Shown here in pieces: positions 1-16,160 of a stretch of 64,000 nt of DNA. Under the pieces are notes generated by a model, which did no database searches, had not been told where the DNA came from, and saw only the letters and a list, made by a program, of their open reading frames with translations. Both the position numbers and the translations under genes were made by a program. The stretch's first letter is position 1. Each line of letters begins with the position of its first letter. Origin of the DNA: Eledone cirrhosa (taxonomy: Eukaryota); assembly GCA_964016885.1 (NCBI GenBank), contig OZ024742.1:125922001-125986000 (forward strand). The letters run 5' to 3'.

Positions 1-755
1 ATTAAAATATTACACTATACATGTTCGAAAAGTTGTTATTGTGTGATATAATAAAAATAATACACTTTAGTGACTGTGAAAATTATTGTTAGTAACTGGA
101 CTTCTGGAAATGTTCAATGTTGTTGATAACTAAGACACAATAAGTTTTTCCGACATATTTATGCATTCACACATAATTTTGTTGACGTAATTTATCACCT
201 GTCGATAGAAAAATAAAATCATATTTTTCCTCAACACCTAATAGTTAATAACATCATAATTTATGCTATTATTTTAATATTTATATACATGTTTTTAGTG
301 ATAGTGTTTGCTCTTTCTTTTTTGCTTAACTACTTGACAAAACTCTCAGATAGCTTCTGGTTCCTAAAGAATGCAACATATAACTATCCATAACTAAATA
401 ACTGTGCTAAATAAATTCATGTTTTATTAAACATTTGAACCTATAATTTATTAACTGTCGTTGAATAAGTTAATCTATCTCGAAACTGGGTTCTTTGTAA
501 AAGGCTCAGTTTGGCAAATGACATTTAATTGTACTAAAGCACATGCGTTGAATAATTAACGATTTTTAAGAATAATAAATATCAGTTCAATAAAAAAAAT
601 AGTCTTCACCTTCCGCTTCTTAGCACTCCCACAACAATTAACACTAATAACACCAATGACACCAACACTTTAACAGCTACTGCCGTTTCAGTATATCGCA
701 TATACGTTTATGTGTGAAGTTTTGTTCTCATCGTTACAACTTTCCTTCCAATAAA

Positions 756-1200
<445 letters not shown>

Positions 1201-1519
1201 TCGCTTTCTTCTTTAACTGTTCCTCCATCTGTTTGTGTTTTATGTATAGTTGGGAAATTAAAAATTGTATCAATAAAGGTATAAATATTCAGCTCTCTCG
1301 TTATACAAAGTGAATCCGAATTTATTTCTGAGAATGGAATCATTTTCATTCTTATTGTTGAAAATGATTCCATTGTCAAGAAAAAATCCAATTTCACTCC
1401 GTATAGTGGAAGGGAGGAACATGTTGGTACCTATATTGACACGATTTCTAAATTCCAATTAGTCCGTATGAATACAAACAAAACCTCCAAAAAGGAGGGA
1501 GAGAAGTCCCCAAACACTG

Positions 1520-3060
1520 AAAAACGACAATTACGTTATTCTCAAAGGAGCTGCCAAAGGTCGAGTAATTGTTATTTTGGATAAGGATGTTTACAACAAT
1601 GAAATACTAGAGCAACTAATGATGAAATTTACTACTAGGAAGAAACAGGAAATTTGAACCCCAAAACTGTAAACAAAATAAATTTGTTAATCAAACAACA
1701 CTCAAACTCTTTTACAGATAAAAATGATTGATTATTTATGCAACCTTAGAGTTAGACAAAGCAACTTCTATGGATTACCAAAAATGTATAAACGCTCCAA
1801 AATACAAGAGACCATAAATAAACAAAATAACCAGTACATAGAGTTAATGAGACCGGATTATCTCAAACTGAGATCAAATGTTGCAGGGCCACAATCTGCA
1901 AAACATCATCTCAACAACTGTCTAAATTTGTTTATTAAACCTATATGTCCAAAGAACCTGAGTTATCTACATTTTATCCACAGTCCCAGACGGCAGTATT
2001 TTAACAGGCTTCGGTGTAACAAGTCATTAACATACCACATCCATTAGGTCTAGAAGCAAACAAGTACCCGGGAGAAAAACACAGAGACATAGTAAATGAA
2101 CGTTTCAAAACATATTTTATTGTCAAAAGTCTAGCTCTAGTATTAGACGTAAAGACGTTTAACTTTTATGAGAAATGTAGACAAATAAAAGGAAAGGCTA
2201 TGGGCACAAATGTAGTGCCTTCGGTGCTAACCTTCTAGTGGGATTTCTAGAAGAAAAATTATATCATGAAGCAGAAACAACATTTGGCCAATATTTTAAA
2301 GAATACATTATTTGTAAAGGTTTTTTTTCAATGACTGCTTCATGTGTAGGAGCAGATCAAAAGACGAACTACAATCATTTCACAAAACTTTAAATTCTCC
2401 AAGCACATCTATTAGATTCATAACAGAAACAGAAAGAACTACCATTTTGTAACATATTCATGAAATTATGTAACACCAGAACTACAACAGGCATATTTTC
2501 CAAAAATACAAATACATACTAGTATTTGCCAAATCTTACACATCAAACGTAACATTACATACGGCATTGCAAGACGAATTTATGCAATGATGGTGAATCC
2601 AGAATTACGGAAAATTCGTCATTAGGAACATTTTAAACAAAAATACCCTTTGAATTTAATAGATGTCACATAATAAAGGCAAAGAAACTGGATATGTTTA
2701 AATTTAGGACTCCTAGACAAAAGGTTGAGGAAGATATTATTCCATGTGTCATCACCTATGATCCAGGAGTACCAAATATATTTACCACCATTAAGGCAAA
2801 CATGCACCAAAGAACAAAAATAAAATATCTAGTGAAAGAAGTGCAATCATCAATAGCAAACGCCAGCCAAACAACATTAAAAAACACCTCCCGAGGGCAA
2901 AATGTACATCAGAAAATAATTTCAATTTTCTTTTAAAACATGTAGAGATAACAGGCGTGGAACATGCGTTAGTGACAATTATTTCCAATCTCATTCTGAG
3001 ATAAAATTCAAAATCTGGCAGTCCTTTTAATTTCAAAATCTTTAAGTATATGAGATCACG
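1520..3060 (+). pseudogene. Decayed Penelope-like element reverse transcriptase
   Basis: Fragmented translations in PLE RT order: VILKGAAKGRVIVILDKDVY (~1535, cf. IKPADKGxxVV), SNFYGLPKMYK (~1760), RQIKGKAMGTNVVP (~2180, cf. GxAMG), FNDCFM (~2328, decayed YxDD), VITYDPGVPNI (~2748). Many stops and frameshifts. Confidence 0.8.
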
Positions 3061-3931
3061 AAAAGATCTAACAAGAGAACCTCCTAGCTGTTTTACAGCT
3101 TCTGTTGCTTTCCACATTTTTTCTATTTTGTATGCTTTTTGCCTCCCGTTGTTCTTCCCGATTTATTTATTTTCCTATTTTATTTTTATATCTAATTACC
3201 TCTGTATATCTTGTTTTGGGTTTCTCAACTGTAAGAAATACTAGATACTTTCCCTAGTCTGTAATGGCTTACTATCTCTATACGAACGTTTAAATTAATT
3301 TTAAAAAATAAATAAATTGTATAGTCTATATCTCTCTCTATATACATATCCCTCTTTCTTTCATTCTCTTCTTCTCTCAGTTCTTCCGCTCAATATGAGG
3401 TTACATTTTACCCCACCCTTTGCTATGCACATAGCAATCAGCTGTTCACAGCTACCCACGCGCTGAGATTCCTACAATTATGAAAAGAATATATATATAT
3501 ATATCACGCTATTTAACGTGTGTTTATTAATCTAAGGTGTAACCTATCCTAGGCACAGAACGGAAACCTGTTGATAACCTGAGTCCGCGTTTCGGTCTAT
3601 ATATACCACAAACTTGCATATTGCGCAAGTCGGATTTTTGATTTTGAATTCACAGAAACCAATCGAGGATATTGTATAATATCCTTCGATACGGTCAAGG
3701 TTTGTTATTTAACCTGATTGTATTTTCGTTGTTGTTGTGGCTTCTGTGGTTTTGTTCTCTTAACCAAAGTCTTCAATTTGTTACACTATTTAACGTATGT
3801 TTATTACTTTAAGGTGTAAAACCTATCTATTTATCGATACATTCTTATTGAGTGCTTCGTGCAAACTCCAAATTGTTTTTTCGCGGATGTTGGCAGACTG
3901 CGACAACTTCGATTTACTAACCTTCCACTCG

Positions 3932-3967
<36 letters not shown>

Positions 3968-4176
3968 CGTTTCTGAATTTGTTTAGCAAGATTCTTTATC
4001 TGAAAACGTGTGTTGAAACCGATATTGTTATACTTTGGGAGGGTCATGTTACCAATAAGAGACACACGCACCAGTTGTTTCACTACAATTTATTATAAAT
4101 TAAATTTATAAATTTAGGAATTTATAAATTTCCGGTTGGTTGGTTGGTTCCACAACAAGACGTTTGTTCATATATT

Positions 4177-4219
4177 GTCAAAGTTCTTTCGTCACACGTT
4201 CTGTGACCTCTTCAGTGAC
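4177..4219 (-). ncRNA. Type I hammerhead ribozyme, family A
   Basis: Minus strand GTCA-CTGAAGA-G-GTCACA(gaacg)TGTGAC-GAAA-GAAC-TT/TGAC; stem I GTCA:TGAC, 6-bp stem II, CUU site. Confidence 0.78.
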
Positions 4220-4417
4220 TGGGGATTCTTTTCTTTGTTTTTGTGCCTCTCCTTTGTTCTGTCCTACGCCATCTTGTGTTGTGTGTGTTGTGTGCTTAGT
4301 TTGCGCATGTGTTACATCCGGGTGTCTGTGTGTGTTTATATTTGTTTATTTATTTGTCTATTTACATGTTACTGGTTGGTTGTTTGTTCTATGTGTGTGT
4401 GTGTTTTAATTTTGTCC

Positions 4418-5290
4418 TTAATTGTAAGTTGTGATGCTGCTATTCCATTCATGCTTTCTATTTAATTTTGGTTGGAGTTCATTTATGTTTATTGCCTCTG
4501 TGATTTGTTTAAACATTGCGTCTTTTCTGTGTGTAGATTCTATTTTTATTTCTATGTTCTTTAATTTACCCTTATGTTCTATTTTAGCATGTTGGTAGAG
4601 TACAGATGATTCTTTACTATCTTGAAGCTCTCGCCAGAGTTCATTTATCCGTTCTCCTATACTACGAGCTGTCTCACCTATGTACACTATATTCTTATCT
4701 CTACATTGTCCTTCAGTACATCTTATGCTATATACTACATTTCTAGTTTTACAGTTAATATGAGGGCTTAGTTTACAGATTATACATTTCTTATCTATAC
4801 AGGGAGGTCTTTGAAAAGGGTATGTATTGCTAATAAGTGTTTTTATGGAGGTACCTGGTCTTTCTACTATCTTAATATTGAGTTTATGTTTATCTAGGGC
4901 CCTTCTGAATTTATAAGCTAATTCACCTCTAGGGATTGTATTGATGAACATTACACTCTGGTATTTATTGCTATCATACCATGAGTTTATTCTATTAACC
5001 TTATTCCTAGTTCTTTCTATTCTATTCCAAAATTTGCTCCTATACAAGGAGCAGGTCCCATTTGTATCATTATTTACCATTTTTTCCCATTTGGTTCTGG
5101 CTTCTCTATATACTCTTATCTTATCTCTCTGATTGTAACCAGAGAACTGCATACGGTGGATGAAGTGTTGTATGTGTCTCTCTCTAGTTCTTTGGGGTTG
5201 CACATGCGGGACACGTTTCTCATCACCCGTACCAAATCCGCAATCAGTATGTTGATTTTGGTGTGGTCCGAAACAGCTGAGTTTCGGTGT
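4418..5290 (-). pseudogene. PLE RT thumb/linker plus GIY-YIG endonuclease C-terminus
   Basis: Part of ORF 4418..5539: CIDKKCIIC..NCKTRNVVYSIRC..YIGETARSIGERINE..QH..EAINI..LQPKLN. The ORF's first ~80 aa are spurious (inverted pLTR), and there is a frameshift near 5170-5270. Confidence 0.85.
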
Positions 5291-5459
5291 AAATAAACAA
5301 ATAAACAAACATGTAAATAAACAAATAAATAAACAAATATAAACACACACAGAAACCCGGATGTAACACATGCGCAAACTAAGCACACAACACACACAAA
5401 AACAAGATGGCGTAGGACAGAACAAAGGAGAGGCACAAAAACAAAGAAAAGAATCCCCA

Positions 5460-5502
5460 GTCACTGAAGAGGTCAGAGAATGTGTGACGAAAGAACTTTG
5501 AC
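5460..5502 (+). ncRNA. Type I hammerhead ribozyme, family A (inverted pLTR copy)
   Basis: GTCA-CTGAAGA-GGTCAGAGAATGTGTGAC-GAAA-GAACTT/TGAC; one mismatch in stem II. Confidence 0.7.
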
Positions 5503-5647
5503 AATATATGAACAATTGTCTAGTTGTGGAACCAACCAACCAACCGGAAATTTATAAATTCCTAAATTTATAAATTTAATTTATAATAAATTGAAGTGAA
5601 AGCAACTGGTGCGTGTGTTTCTTATTGGCAACATGACCCTCCCAAAG

Positions 5648-5747
<100 letters not shown>

Positions 5748-5959
5748 GAATCTACCAAAATAAACGGTAGTGCCCAATCCAATATATATATATATATATT
5801 TGGATTTAATGCTCTGAAATAGCGATATATATGTGAAGAAAAACATAGAATATTCGAGAATATTCTGTATGTTTATAATAAACATTTTGAAGACCTAATC
5901 GCTATAGAATAGAATACGTCACGTATTACAATTTGAGATTCTCGATAAAAGCAAGGGAA

Positions 5960-6002
5960 GTAACCTACGCGTTTCATTCTTATTTGAAATCATCAGGATT
6001 AC
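5960..6002 (-). ncRNA. Hammerhead ribozyme family B, copy 1
   Basis: GTAATC-CTGATGA-TTTC(aaataa)GAAT-GAAA-CGCG-TA/GGTTAC; 6-bp stem I, palindromic ACGCGT stem III, GUA site. Confidence 0.85.
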
Positions 6003-6270
6003 ATATCCAATGCTTTTATCGAGAATGACACAGCTAGAGACTTATAGAATACTTAGCTGTGTACAGAAACTGGTTTGAAAGAGCGGTTGCCGGTCCGGCA
6101 GAAATTAGAATTTGATTTAATGCTCGGAAATAGCGATATATATGTGAAGAAAAACATAGAATATTCGAGAATATTCTGTATGTTTATAATAAACATTTTG
6201 AAGACCTAATCGCTATAGAATAGAATACGTCACGTATTACAATTTGAGATTCTCGATAAAAGCAAGGGAA

Positions 6271-6313
6271 GTAACCTACGCGTTTCATTCTTATTTGAAA
6301 TCATCAGGATTAC
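6271..6313 (-). ncRNA. Hammerhead ribozyme family B, copy 2
   Basis: Same sequence as 5960-6002, 311 bp away. Confidence 0.85.
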
Positions 6314-6582
6314 ATATCCAATGCTTTTATCGAGAATGACACAGCTAGAGACTTATAGAATACTTAGCTGTGTACAGGAACTGGTTTGAAAGAGCGGTTG
6401 CCGGTCCGGCAGAAATTAGAATTTGGATTTAATGCTCTGAAATAGCGATATATATGTGAAGAAAAACATAGAATATTCGAGAATATTCTGTATGTTTATA
6501 ATAAACATTTTGAAGACCTAATCGCTATAGAATAGAATACGTCACGTATTACAATTTGAGATTCTCGATAAAAGCAAGGGAA

Positions 6583-6625
6583 GTAACCTACGCGTTTCAT
6601 TCTTATTTGAAATCATCAGGATTAC
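6583..6625 (-). ncRNA. Hammerhead ribozyme family B, copy 3
   Basis: Same sequence, 312 bp from copy 2. Confidence 0.85.
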
Positions 6626-6692
6626 ATATCCAATGCTTTTATCGAGAATGACACAGCTAGAGACTTATTATAAACATACAGAATATTCTCGA

Positions 6693-6720
<28 letters not shown>

Positions 6721-6723
<3 letters not shown>

Positions 6724-7216
6724 GATTGGTGCTCTGAAATAGCGATGTATACATGAATGTATGTATAGTATATTTGGCAATATACCATATGTTTAATTAA
6801 AAACATTTTGAAGACCATGCGCTATCGGTTTTAAAGTAGTGAATATGTCACTTACTTCGTTTCGGCGAAAGAAAGGAGAGAAGCCAACAGTCTGTTTCAC
6901 GCTGTTGGCGATCATCAGAGCCAAGCACCCCCTGCTTTCGTCGAAAATTATAGAAGTTGGATTCTTATAGAATTCCAGTAATAATCAGGAGCTGATTATA
7001 CAGGGTGATTGCTGGATTTCTATAAGAATCCAGCTTCTATAGTTTTCGGCAAAAGCGGGGAGTGCATGGGTCTGATAATCGCCAACAGCGTGAAACAGAC
7101 TGTTGGCTTCTCTCCCTTCTTTCGCCGAAAAGAAGTAAGTGACATATTCACTACATTAAAACCGATAGCGTATGGTCTTCAAAATGTTTTTAATTAAACA
7201 TACGGTATATTGCCAA

Positions 7217-7217
<1 letters not shown>
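6721..7217. mobile_element. Retrozyme-like family C element with inverted duplication
   Basis: ~6770-6978 is inverted at ~7012-7217; shares the GCTCTGAAATAGC and CATTTTGAAGACC blocks with family B; (TA)n on both sides. Confidence 0.82.
6882..6922 (-). ncRNA. Hammerhead ribozyme family C
   Basis: GGCT-CTGATGA-TCGC(caaca)GCGT-GAAA-CAGACTG-TT/GGCT. The inverted copy at 7068-7108 (+) has CTGATAA, a G8A change that probably inactivates it. Confidence 0.75.
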
Positions 7218-9725
<2,508 letters not shown>

Positions 9726-10188
9726 CGCAGCATGGCATATGTGTGTGTATGCACATGTTTTCTTTCAAATTCAATGTCTACAAGTATAGTTAGTTATATA
9801 TGCCCCCCCCCCCTTCCCACGTTGTTTCTTTTGTTTCCCACGTGTTACTTTCTCTCTATCACTTCTAACGACACATATATCAATGAAGGTGACTATAGTC
9901 TTCTATTTAACCTTTCAACACAAAGATATCACACTGAAGACTTAAACTGTTTCCAAATAACAGAGACCGACCTTGATAACAACCTCAATGTGACAGTGTC
10001 ACATGACAAACAATTCACTTTCAACGCCACCAAAAGGTATTTATTACACATGTAGCAAATCTAAGCAGAGAGATTTGAATTTTTTTACCGGGTTGGATAA
10101 ATAGGTGATTGTGGCCACACACACACTGACCGTTTGGCCTCATAGATACTTACTTCCTTTGGGACCCGTGTTACTAAATTCTCTTGAG

Positions 10189-10371
10189 CAGGGTTTTCCA
10201 AACCTTTTCAAATCCGGAACTCTTTTCGGTTCAGAATCTTTTGGGGGCACTCTAAAGTCTAATACTGTTATATGGTCGTAATTTAAATATACTCCTCTAC
10301 TTTTTTCATGGAACTCAAGACACTCTTTTACGGGACCTTTGGGTTCCGCGGACCCACTTTGGGAACCACTG
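10189..10371. mobile_element. Probable hAT/Charlie-type MITE
   Basis: Imperfect TIRs CAGGGTTTTCCAAAC ... CTTTGGGAACCACTG resembling CAGTGGTTCCCAAA ends; ~183 bp; no clean 8-bp TSD. Confidence 0.5.
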
Positions 10372-11265
10372 AGGAATGGTTTTCTAGATATCCTCTGCTT
10401 ATTGGCATATGATAATGGCGCCTTCATAAATAGTCTGCCCTCAGCTGCCCAAGGTAGTTCGCTAGTGTTCATGAAAGACACAGAACGATGTAGGTTTCAA
10501 CAGACTCACTCCGACCCGTTGGGTTTCGGTGTTTGGGGCAACGAGCTAAGACTGTCATTCTCCCGTTAGATATCAACAAAAGTTAGTTATTTACTTACAA
10601 CTTGTAAGACTGCTACTACGAACATCCACGCCAAATCATCACATAAACACCCACGCAATTTTATTGTGACACTTTGGTGTTTTTCCTATGTTATCTATCA
10701 CGACTTCGAAGTAAATTATTCATTAATAAAATTATTGATTATAGCTCATTCAATACTTGTTATGAAAAACACATTTCGACTTACCGAGGCATACGCACAA
10801 CGCTTTATATGGGAAAGACCTGCTTCTGAAATTACCCATCAAGCCAACGGTTACTGCTGCACATTCATGCCACACTACGATGAACCACTGACCAATCAAC
10901 ACAATACAAATACACATATAATAAACCAACATCAAATTAAAATCTCGTTACATATGGTGAACACACTTGGTCACAATAAAACATTCTATACCTATTACAC
11001 ATATATCATAGATATGGTCTTCACACACCGCTAAGCCAACAAGAATGGTGGAAAGTTCATCTAGACATAGCTGATAATTGATCTAAAAATAATGAAATAC
11101 TAGTGTCTGGCGTTCTCATACGATTACTGGGATAACTGGGATATGATCACAGATTACAATATTCATAGCGAGACTCACCGATCTTTACTAAACATAATCA
11201 TTACCAGTTTTAAACTATTAAAACCATTATTCAGTAGTGTACTCGATACTTGGGATAGAAGACTG

Positions 11266-11391
11266 ATTATATTAGTGAGGCTCGGGGCCCCACGGCTGAG
11301 CTCTTGCCGTTTTGACAGCTAATTCCAATCTGGACTTAGCTGTCTAAACGGCAAGAATTCATCCGTCGGGCCCAGACTCTCTTTAATATAT
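11266..11391. repeat. Imperfect ~125-bp hairpin (MITE-like)
   Basis: ...cggctgagctcttgccgttttgacagcta[loop]tagctgtctaaacggcaagaattcatccg...; a half copy lies at ~55380-55432. Confidence 0.65.
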
Positions 11392-11719
11392 AATTTTGAT
11401 GTTTTTAATCAGAATAGTAATTACTGTAATGAGGTCTTACATAGATCAGGATATAATGAAAAAATAAAATATAACACTACTGATAAAAATCTTATAATAA
11501 GGTCTATACTTTTAAATGTATATCTCCACAGAATGGCAATAAACCTACATATGGTTTTTATAATAATAGGAAGAAAAATAAGAAGAATGATACGCCTAAA
11601 ACTGACAATTCGTCTAAACTAACTATTAGCTTTAAAAATGACAACTTTAAATCAAATTTAAAGTTGACAAAGTTGTTAGTAATATAGATGATACACTAAT
11701 TAAAGCATATAATTATAAG

Positions 11720-12575
11720 GTAAGGCATAAATTAAGAAGGAAAACATGTATTTGGTATCATCTTCCTTTCGGTATCCAGGTCGCTTCTAACATACCTAAG
11801 TTATTCTTTGATATAGTGGATAAGAATTTTCCTCCCAACCATAGATATTATAAAATATTAAATAAAAATGTGAAATTATCCTTTTCTCACAACCCCTAAT
11901 TTGGTGGACTACATAGCAATGAACAATAAAAAGAAAGTTAATTCCTTTAGAATAAATGGTAGATCTTTAACTAATACTGGACCCTCTAGAAATAGTATAA
12001 TACTAATGGCAATAATATCCTCGTTGACAATAATACTGTTAATGAGTGTATGTCTACTCTTAATATCTTGGTAATAATTACAATCTCAATGGTAGTGATA
12101 TTGATACTTGGAATGATCATAATATGTCAACAATTATGTAAACACCCGAAACAATAGTAAGGCTTGTAGAATCGATACTGATTTTAGTGATCTTGATAAA
12201 ACTTGGTATACCGCTAACATCTTTGCTGATAGTGTTCATAACATGGATATATTCAATAATAATTGTTTCTACTTTAGGCACAAGGCCAGCAATTACCCAG
12301 TGCATTACTGGTACTTTATTTTATCGACCCCATAAGGATGAAAGGCAAAGTCAACCTCGGCGGGATTTGAACTCAGATCGTAAAGGGACGGAACTATGCT
12401 GGAAAGCATGGCGTCCGACCCTCTACCGATAATAGTCGACCTTTGGTGACTAAATGTAATTGTGGAATTCCTAATAATTGTCCATTTGGAGGTAAATGTC
12501 TTAAAACTAATTCTATTTATAGATGTGAGGTTTCAACTAGGGATAATTGTTTTAATTATGTAGGTACAATAAATT
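11720..12575 (+). pseudogene. Naiad-like PLE linker/GIY-YIG fragment interrupted by a SINE
   Basis: WYHLPFGIQVASNIPKLFFDIVDKNFPPNHRYYKILNKNVKLSFS (~11753) and KCNCGIPNNCPFGGKCLKTNSIYRCEVSTRDNCFNYVGT (12452), both paralogous to the 51632-52320 translation. Confidence 0.8.
12259..12431 (-). mobile_element. tRNA-derived SINE (family S1), slightly 5'-truncated
   Basis: Matches the copies at 13888, 21823, 23890 and 26303; B box GAGTTCAAATC; (ATT)n tail. Confidence 0.88.
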
Positions 12576-12650
12576 CAAAATATATTTGTATTTTTATATG
12601 TGGGTGTGTATATGTATGTATATGTGTATATGTGCGTGTATATATGTGTA

Positions 12651-12737
<87 letters not shown>

Positions 12738-12780
12738 TAGGTAAATATACACGGGTGTGTATGATTATGTATAGAATATT

Positions 12781-13161
12781 ATATTAATAAGAGGAATTCC
12801 AACTTTGTCTGATTTACTCGTTTTATTTACAATCCTTTAAAATATATAATGGTATTATAATGAAATAGTATGATAGAATATTAAATTCTAAATGTTAATT
12901 GAACAAGTACTTTCATGCTTTCGCAATCTTCAGGTTCATAATATGTGGTGACAGTCGAGTTTGCAATTTTCAACTGTTGAAAATTGCAAACTCGACTGTC
13001 ACCACAACCTGAAGATTGCGAAAGCATGAAAGTACTTGTTCAATTAACACTTAGAATTTAATATTCTATCATACTATTTCATTATAATACCATTATATAT
13101 TTTAAAGGATTGTAAATATAACGAGTAAATCAGACAAAGTTGGAATTCCTCTTATTAATAT
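12781..13161. repeat. Near-perfect 380-bp fold-back (inverted pLTR) with nested inner palindrome 12945-13005
   Basis: 12781-12936 is the reverse complement of 13006-13161 with a few substitutions; each arm has an HHR. Confidence 0.9.
12900..12938 (-). ncRNA. Hammerhead ribozyme family D
   Basis: TGAAC-CTGAAGA-TTGC(gaaa)GCAT-GAAA-GTAC-TT/GTTCA; GNRA loop II, palindromic AGTACT stem III, CUU site. Second copy at 13006-13041 (+). Confidence 0.82.
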
Positions 13162-13264
13162 ATATATAGTAATAATAATAAATTTGAAGACTAAATCGAA
13201 AGAGGGCTCGTTAAGGGTGAAAGCAGCGATTCTTTGCTTAAACTTTAATCTGTTATTTTAATAA

Positions 13265-13376
<112 letters not shown>

Positions 13377-13887
13377 GAAAAGGGAAGTAAGGATTCTATA
13401 CAAAACAGTGGATATAGAGAAAAGAGGAAGTTGGAAATAGCACGGGAGATATATTTAAGGGTCTGTTTATCTTTTTTGATTCGTTAAAGTGACATTATTG
13501 AAAAGATAGTGTTATTTATGTACATATAAGTCGGTGTATATCTGGGTGTATCTATTTAAGTGTGTGTGTATTTAGGTAGAGGTGAATGTAGGTGTGTATT
13601 TATATGTGTATATATATATGTTCATGTATGAATATATCTATATTTGTATATATATATATGTGGGTGTGTGTGTATTTATACGTGGGTGTGTGAATTTAAG
13701 TATACGTTTATGTTTTTATTTTTTCCTTTTTAATTTTCATAATATTTTTTAAGAATATTTGTCTAGTTTATATTTATTTCTTATATTCATCATATATAAT
13801 TTTTTTTAATTAGTTTTAATTAGTAATGTGCTGGGGTGGTTTAACATTGTATTTTCTGTAGTTGAACAACATCGCTTTTTTATATAT

Positions 13888-14075
13888 AATTGTTTCTACT
13901 TTTAGCACAAGGCCAGCAATTATCCCAGTACATTACTGCTACTTTATTTTATCGACCCCGTAAGGATGAAAGGCAAAGTTAACCTCGGCGGGATTTGAAC
14001 TCAGACTATAAAGGGGCATAACTCTATGCTGCAAAACATGACGTCCGATCCTCTACCGATACAGCCAATTCACCG
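13888..14075 (-). mobile_element. tRNA-derived SINE S1 with TSD
   Basis: Family match; flanking near-duplication cgcttttttata(t/c)ataat. Confidence 0.87.
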
Positions 14076-14483
14076 CTTTTTTTATACATAATGGCGTCAT
14101 ATCCTTTTTTTTTTTTAATGTAAACATTTTCTGTAACCACTGGCTGTTGATTGCTGTGGTGAGATTATAATGAGGCTTTATTATGAAATAACAGGTTTGG
14201 AAAAGTCCCAGGAAGGGGATGAAACGTTCGTAACCCAGCATTTAATGTATTAATTGTATTTGGTGTCTATTTTAATTAATAATTTGCTTCTAGTGTAATT
14301 GTTATTTTTAGCACAATAGGATTTTGTATACAGTCATTTTGGAAAATTCTTTCAAAGGGTTATGATACATAGCCTTTTGTATTGCTTTTATAATAAATTA
14401 CTCTATTTTGAGCTGTGTTTAACTTCTCCACCTATCTCTAACATATATTTATATTGTTTTTATAAAAAACGATATCTATTTCT

Positions 14484-14688
<205 letters not shown>

Positions 14689-15699
14689 ATACATATTATG
14701 TCAGGTCACTCTTGAGTGCTACTGGTAACATGTAACCCAGTACAACCTGTCGTATGGTCGAGTCGTTGATGACTAAACCGGCAATCCCACCAAGTTTACT
14801 TGGTGGGGAGGGTAATTTTGGACATCCTGCAGGACAAAAATCAAAACCTGACAAAGGGCAGAAGTATTCATAAGAGTCAACGGCCATCCAAAAATGTGTA
14901 AATATGTATATACTGTATGGGTGTGGGTGTGTGTAGGATTGATTACGCGTGTGTACATATATATATTTGATTTTTAAAAATAAACATTTTTTTAACCTTT
15001 TAAACCATTTTAAAACTTTTAAAAATCTTTAAAAATCTTTTTTTCTTTTTGCATTTTAACTTTTTTTATCTGACTTTCAAAAGGGATCGAGTCCCTGGTG
15101 TACGTTTATGAAAGGGTCAGCGAATCATTGTAATTCATTTTCAGGTGTGGTGGCCCACAGATGGGTAAAAATAAATCCACTGGGAGTGAAGGACCCCGAG
15201 CTGTTGTTACAGTATCTTTCTAAAAGAGGGAATCTTAAAAATGAAACCTGCGGTTGATGTGATTACTGGTCATCTGGCTTAGGCTTATCACCAGGCAATG
15301 ATCACTGAAACTTAGAGAGTGGTGCCCATGTAGTACAAGCGTTTGTCACTATAATCCAATGATGTATAGATGTCTCTTTTGTGACCTTCACATCTGTCAT
15401 TTTTACAGCTGTAAGTCCTATGGCGATTGGGGAGTGGCGACGTGTTCAGACCTAACCAGTTGGAAGCATATAGCTGCAAATCTACACATAGGTGGCAGGG
15501 GTCTTATAAACATCGTTGTTGTCTTCCTGTGACAGCGGCTAACTCCGGTGGAGACGTCTGTGTCTGGGCAACCCTAACAGGGAGAGCATTCTTAACCCAA
15601 ATTCTTGGGAAGATGATAGAAAGGGTGCATTGAAAATTAACTGTCACATCAACGTTGGGTAGTTTACTGCGGCTATCGGCGGTTCATTCAAGCTGGAAA

Positions 15700-16160
15700 A
15701 GAAAAAGTGAATTACAAAGTAAAACATTTAGGAAAAATCGAATCAAACTAAATAGTTGCTTCTGGAATGTCAGAAACCTTCTGGACCAAAGCTCATCAAA
15801 CAGACCAGAAAGAAGAACTGCACTGGTAACAAAGGAACTCCAAAGATTAAATATAGATAGTGCAGCCCTGTCAGAAACATGTCTATCAAGGTGTGATCAG
15901 CTGACTGCAGCAGCATCAGGTTTCACACTTTTCTGGACAGAGAAACCAAAAGGAGAACTGCGAGATAGTAGTGTAGGTTTTGCAGTGCAAGAAACTTTAA
16001 CACAACATTTAGAGTGCTACTCTACAATCAGTGACCGTATAATGAAGTTGCGCATTCTACTTGCATGTGGGCGATGTGCAACAATTCTGTCAGTTTATGT
16101 TCCAACTCTCCAGACCAGTGAAGAAAGTATTATGACATTCTATGAATCCCTTCGTGTATA
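15700..16160 (+). pseudogene. RTE/BovB-like LINE APE endonuclease N-terminus (3'-truncated)
   Basis: WNVRNLLDQSSSNRPERRTALVTKELQRLNIDSAALSET...GFTLFW...VGFAV...SDRIMKLR...ILSVYVPT...FYESL; typical RTE APE motifs. Upstream ~15080-15700 is a plausible 5' UTR. Confidence 0.85.

Larger units (their letters stand above)
5799..6668 (-). mobile_element. Tandem array of ~2.8 x 311-bp non-coding units, one HHR each (retrozyme-like, family B)
   Basis: Near-identical units starting at ~5799, 6111 and 6422; no ORF; flanked by (TA)n; short inverted tail at 6669-6695. Confidence 0.9.

Noticed and set aside
3509-3828. ~40-bp direct repeat 278 bp apart with a GAAACGCG half-motif on the minus strand
   Set aside because: Possibly a decayed retrozyme or pLTR unit, but the CUGANGA box and NUH are missing, so it cannot be supported.
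5799-6668. CRISPR-like array
   Set aside because: Whole 311-bp units repeat with no unique spacers, no cas genes are present and the context is eukaryotic.
10339-10569. ORF with FINSLP...VFMKDT resembling CR1/L2 RT (FINDLP..FADDT)
   Set aside because: Too short and degenerate to call; at most an ancient LINE remnant.
15430-15552. HDV-like ribozyme in the RTE 5' UTR (gtc-ttcctgt-gac...ggctaa)
   Set aside because: P3, L3 and J4/2-like pieces are present, but a 7-bp P1 and P2 could not be built by eye; a descriptor search is needed.
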